From Candidatus Latescibacterota bacterium (GTDB taxonomy: Bacteria > Latescibacterota > UBA2968 > UBA8231): 64,000 bases of DNA. Every line of letters begins with the position of its first letter. The first letter of the stretch is position 1. Of this stretch, positions 60,892 through 64,000 are shown in pieces. The notes under the pieces are model-generated. The model searched no databases and had not been told where the DNA came from. It worked only from the letters and a program-made list of their open reading frames with translations. The DNA lies in contig CBDCNM010000002.1 in assembly GCA_965219385.1 (NCBI GenBank), forward strand, positions 3,668,305 through 3,732,304. The letters are read 5' to 3'. Both the position numbers and the translations under genes were made by a program.

Positions 60892-62025
60892 TTAACTATT
60901 TTTGAGGAACTTCATAAAGTTTTCTTTGTTTTCCACCGGCGTCAAAGTTGGTCTACCTAAATCGGTCCGCGCACCCTTGTTCACCCGTACCTCCAATAGT
61001 GCCGGTCCTTCCCTATTTTGCAAGATACCCAGTTGTGCTTCCAACTCATTGCAAGATTGCGCTCTCAAAACAACTGGATAGCCACAGGCTCTGGCAATGG
61101 TTGGAATATCTATATCAAAACTAGCTGTAGGCTGACCACCCACCGAATCGTGGACACCATTGTTGATAACCACGTGCTTCAGATTTTTAGGAGATTGACG
61201 GCCAATAATACCCAACGATCCCATGTGCATGATAAGAGCACCATCGCCGTCGAGGCAAATAACCTGTCTGTCAGGTTTGGCCAGCGCAATTCCCAGAGCG
61301 ATTTGTGAAGCGTGTCCCATAGAACCAACAGTGAGGAAATCTTGACCTGACTGCTCCAGCCCTTGAGCAACCCGGTATTCGAACAACTCGCGCGAGGTTT
61401 TACCCGTCGTCGATACCACCACAGCTCGCGGACCAATTGTCTTGGCCACCACCTGCACCACATCCTCCCGCGTCATATCATACTGCAAACCTGGCTGCAC
61501 CCGAAGTTTATAGGCCCCCAATGTGCCCTCCCTTATCACAAATGCATATGGTTTCAGTTGACTGTACATCACTTCAACCGCGACATCTAGAGAGGCGAGT
61601 GCCTGCTCCAGATTGTCAGGTAACAAATCGTAGTCAACCCCTAGAGTTTCAAGTAGTGCCAGAGTGATTTCTCCTTGTTTGATATGCTGTGGTTCGTCTT
61701 TGCGACCTGGTTCACCTCGCCATCCAATCAGGAACAACACAGGAATACTATAAACAAGCGGATCGACAAGTGAAGTTAAGGGGTTTACAGCATTGCCTTG
61801 CCCCGAATTTTGCATATAAACAACACCAGGGCAGCCCGTTGCAAGATAATGTCCGGCAGCAAGTGCAACGGCATTTCCTTCATTGGCAGCGATGATATGT
61901 GACTGTGGGTCCACATGGTCTTCTATATAAGCACAAAAATCTTTAAGGAGTGAATCCGGCACACCTGAAAAAAAGGCAAGCTTCCGTTCGCTCAGTGCCT
62001 GATAAAACGCCTTACATTCGATCAT
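60892..62025 (-). CDS. aepY: Phosphonopyruvate decarboxylase
   Basis: GVPDSLLK, ANEGNA, MQNSGQGN, DEPQH, STTGKTSRELFE, VGSMGH, DGDGA..MHMG. Confidence 0.96.
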   Translation of the reverse strand: MIECKAFYQALSERKLAFFSGVPDSLLKDFCAYIEDHVDPQSHIIAANEGNAVALAAGHYLATGCPGVVYMQNSGQGNAVNPLTSLVDPLVYSIPVLFLIGWRGEPGRKDEPQHIKQGEITLALLETLGVDYDLLPDNLEQALASLDVAVEVMYSQLKPYAFVIREGTLGAYKLRVQPGLQYDMTREDVVQVVAKTIGPRAVVVSTTGKTSRELFEYRVAQGLEQSGQDFLTVGSMGHASQIALGIALAKPDRQVICLDGDGALIMHMGSLGIIGRQSPKNLKHVVINNGVHDSVGGQPTASFDIDIPTIARACGYPVVLRAQSCNELEAQLGILQNREGPALLEVRVNKGARTDLGRPTLTPVENKENFMKFLKNS

Positions 62026-62030
62026 GTTGT

Positions 62031-63329
62031 TTACTCTCTGAAGGGGATGAGGCTCAAGATATCCTTGATTGGCGTGCACAATTCCTCTGCTTCCCTGGCT
62101 CTTCCGTTCCGGAGGATAGACTCCGCTGTTTTTACCATGGCAGGATATGCACTGCGCAGCAGATGGTTTGCATAAATCACAATTTGCACCCCCGCATCAA
62201 TCAACTGGCTCTCGGTCACCTGGCTAAACGTCGACGGAACGACGACAAGAGGTACTTTTCTATCAAATTTTGAATATTCATCACAAAATGCAAAGATTTG
62301 GACAGGGCCTTTTTCATTGCTGTGAATCATAATACTATCTGCACCCACATCGATGTAAGTCTTTGCCCGTTCTATCGCATCACTCACCCCCTTCCCTGCA
62401 ATAAAGGACTCGATTCGTACAATAATCATGAAATCTTCGGAGACCTGAGCCTTTTTACCGCGCGAAATTTTGTAGGCAAAGGTATCGATATCTTCTTGAA
62501 TTTGGACGATATCAGTTCCTGACAAGGAATTCCTCTTTGGACCAACTTTGTCTTCTATGATGACCGCTGATACACCTATCCTCTCCAAGGTTTTGACTGC
62601 AAGTACAAAATGCTCGACAAGCCCCCCCGTATCGCCGTCGAGGATAAGGGGCTTATTTGTAACATCTAAGATTTCCTGAATAGTATTTATACGTGAAGTC
62701 AAATCCACATACTCGATATCGGGTTTACCTTTGGCCGTCGAGTCTGTCAGGCTGCTCAACCACATGGCATCGAATTCCTTGACCTGATTCTTTAGCTCAA
62801 TCTGCGTATTCTCGACGATCAGTCCAGTCAGACCGTTGTGCACCTCAAGCGCGGTCACCAAGGGCTTGACGGAAAGAAGCCGGCGCAGCCGTTGCCGGCG
62901 AATTTCGGGATTGAAACCAACTTCGCGCACTGCCGCATTTAGCATTGTCGAGGAAATCCCAGGAGTGTATTTAGGCTCAACCAGCTCCCCTCCCCACTCT
63001 TTGAGGACATCGATAACCCGCTGTCGGGTTTCTTTCTGTACACCAGTCTGCCAATCGTCACCATGAACCACATAGTCTGGTTGAAGTTTTCTTAGATTTG
63101 GCACATAGTCGAGCGTTGTCTGGGGAACCACTCTGGCTACCCCTTTAATGTTTTCGATAATGACCTTGCGCTGCTCATACGCCATATAGGGTACGCGCTT
63201 ATAGCTGGCAATCGCTTCATCCGTCAATAGGCCAATTATGATTTCTCCCAATTCTCTGGCAACACCGATGATGTTTAAATGACCTTGATGGATCAAATCA
63301 GCACTCATTGCAACATATACTTTTTTCAT
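62031..63329 (-). CDS. pepM: Phosphoenolpyruvate mutase with N-terminal cytidylyltransferase-like domain
   Basis: DLIHQGH and HGDDW in the N-terminus; PepM signature [23 protein letters not shown]. Confidence 0.97.
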   Translation of the reverse strand: MKKVYVAMSADLIHQGHLNIIGVARELGEIIIGLLTDEAIASYKRVPYMAYEQRKVIIENIKGVARVVPQTTLDYVPNLRKLQPDYVVHGDDWQTGVQKETRQRVIDVLKEWGGELVEPKYTPGISSTMLNAAVREVGFNPEIRRQRLRRLLSVKPLVTALEVHNGLTGLIVENTQIELKNQVKEFDAMWLSSLTDSTAKGKPDIEYVDLTSRINTIQEILDVTNKPLILDGDTGGLVEHFVLAVKTLERIGVSAVIIEDKVGPKRNSLSGTDIVQIQEDIDTFAYKISRGKKAQVSEDFMIIVRIESFIAGKGVSDAIERAKTYIDVGADSIMIHSNEKGPVQIFAFCDEYSKFDRKVPLVVVPSTFSQVTESQLIDAGVQIVIYANHLLRSAYPAMVKTAESILRNGRAREAEELCTPIKDILSLIPFRE

Positions 63330-64000
63330 ATTCCTGCTTCCCCTTCTCTTCTAACCAAAACCGTGATAAAAAGCGCGATCCAGTAGACATTTTGAATAGA
63401 AATAAAAAAATAATTGATCCACATCAATTGATTTAAGATTGCACCAAGCGCGAATATCATCATGTGCATATCGATGCCGATCCGTAGATAGCAAGGTCTG
63501 ATATGGAGCTTTTTACATATTCTTCCCAATAAACCTACATCCTGTGACCTTTTGATCTGAGCTTTGCCAAATACCTGGGAAGTGATCATCGTAATCACAT
63601 GGGTCATAAATAAAGCAGCAAAGGCAAAAAAGATATAAATCCAGACTATATGCTGTCCATTCTGACGATATAGTCCAATAGCAAGCGCTATAAACAAGAC
63701 CAGTTCGGATACTCTATCAAGAACTCCATCTGTCCAGGCCCCTTTCTTAGAGCCTAGTCCTTTCAACCTTGAAACTTCACCATCACAGCAATCAAGCGTA
63801 TACGAAAGTTGGATCAGGATTCCCGCTATGATCAAACGGGTAGAATCCCCTGTGGATAACAAGTATGCCCCTGCGCAAAGAATGAAAAATGAAAGCCATG
63901 TAAGGTTGGTTGGGGTCAGGCTTGTTTTGATAAGCAATCGCGTGATAAGGATAGAAATTTTCCTATTGAATTTTGTTTCAAAAAATCCCGCCTCTTCAGG
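63326..64000 (-). CDS. CDP-alcohol phosphatidyltransferase family protein (5' end beyond or at the window edge)
   Basis: [15 protein letters not shown]....[12 protein letters not shown] motif; ATGA overlap with pepM. Confidence 0.92.
   Translation of the reverse strand, partial: PEEAGFFETKFNRKISILITRLLIKTSLTPTNLTWLSFFILCAGAYLLSTGDSTRLIIAGILIQLSYTLDCCDGEVSRLKGLGSKKGAWTDGVLDRVSELVLFIALAIGLYRQNGQHIVWIYIFFAFAALFMTHVITMITSQVFGKAQIKRSQDVGLLGRICKKLHIRPCYLRIGIDMHMMIFALGAILNQLMWINYFFISIQNVYWIALFITVLVRREGEAGI

Overview
High-GC bacterial chromosome segment. Secreted proteins with FlgD-Ig and 'WGQ[IV]K' C-termini, plus many PhyH, Gfo/Idh/MocA, SDR and DHDPS paralogues, suggest an FCB-superphylum organism such as Latescibacterota or a Poribacteria-like lineage (inference only). 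Bases 1-11.1 kb are an AT-richer accessory/defence island. It holds three nested IS elements, a translationally coupled four-gene operon (C5 DNA methyltransferase, HD phosphohydrolase, ORC/CDC6-like P-loop NTPase, tandem CARF-like protein; no restriction endonuclease), an ISCR/IS91 remnant with oriIS-like ends (one triplicated), and an ABC-ATPase + TOPRIM pair resembling PARIS. The four-gene operon is the best candidate for an undescribed system. The middle of the window is catabolic and housekeeping genes (M20, NSAR/OSBS, ddl, TauD, FGGY kinase, a bacterial voltage-gated channel with a TLEDWTD filter, comEC, MlrC, BpsA-like, comM). These are interspersed with IS ends, MITEs, single genes flanked by inverted repeats, and gene fragments (integron integrase, comM, comEC). 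The right end starts an AT-rich phosphonate biosynthesis cluster (CDP-alcohol phosphotransferase, cytidylyltransferase-PEP mutase, phosphonopyruvate decarboxylase). No rRNA, tRNA or CRISPR array was recognised. All family calls come from motif recognition by eye, not database searches.
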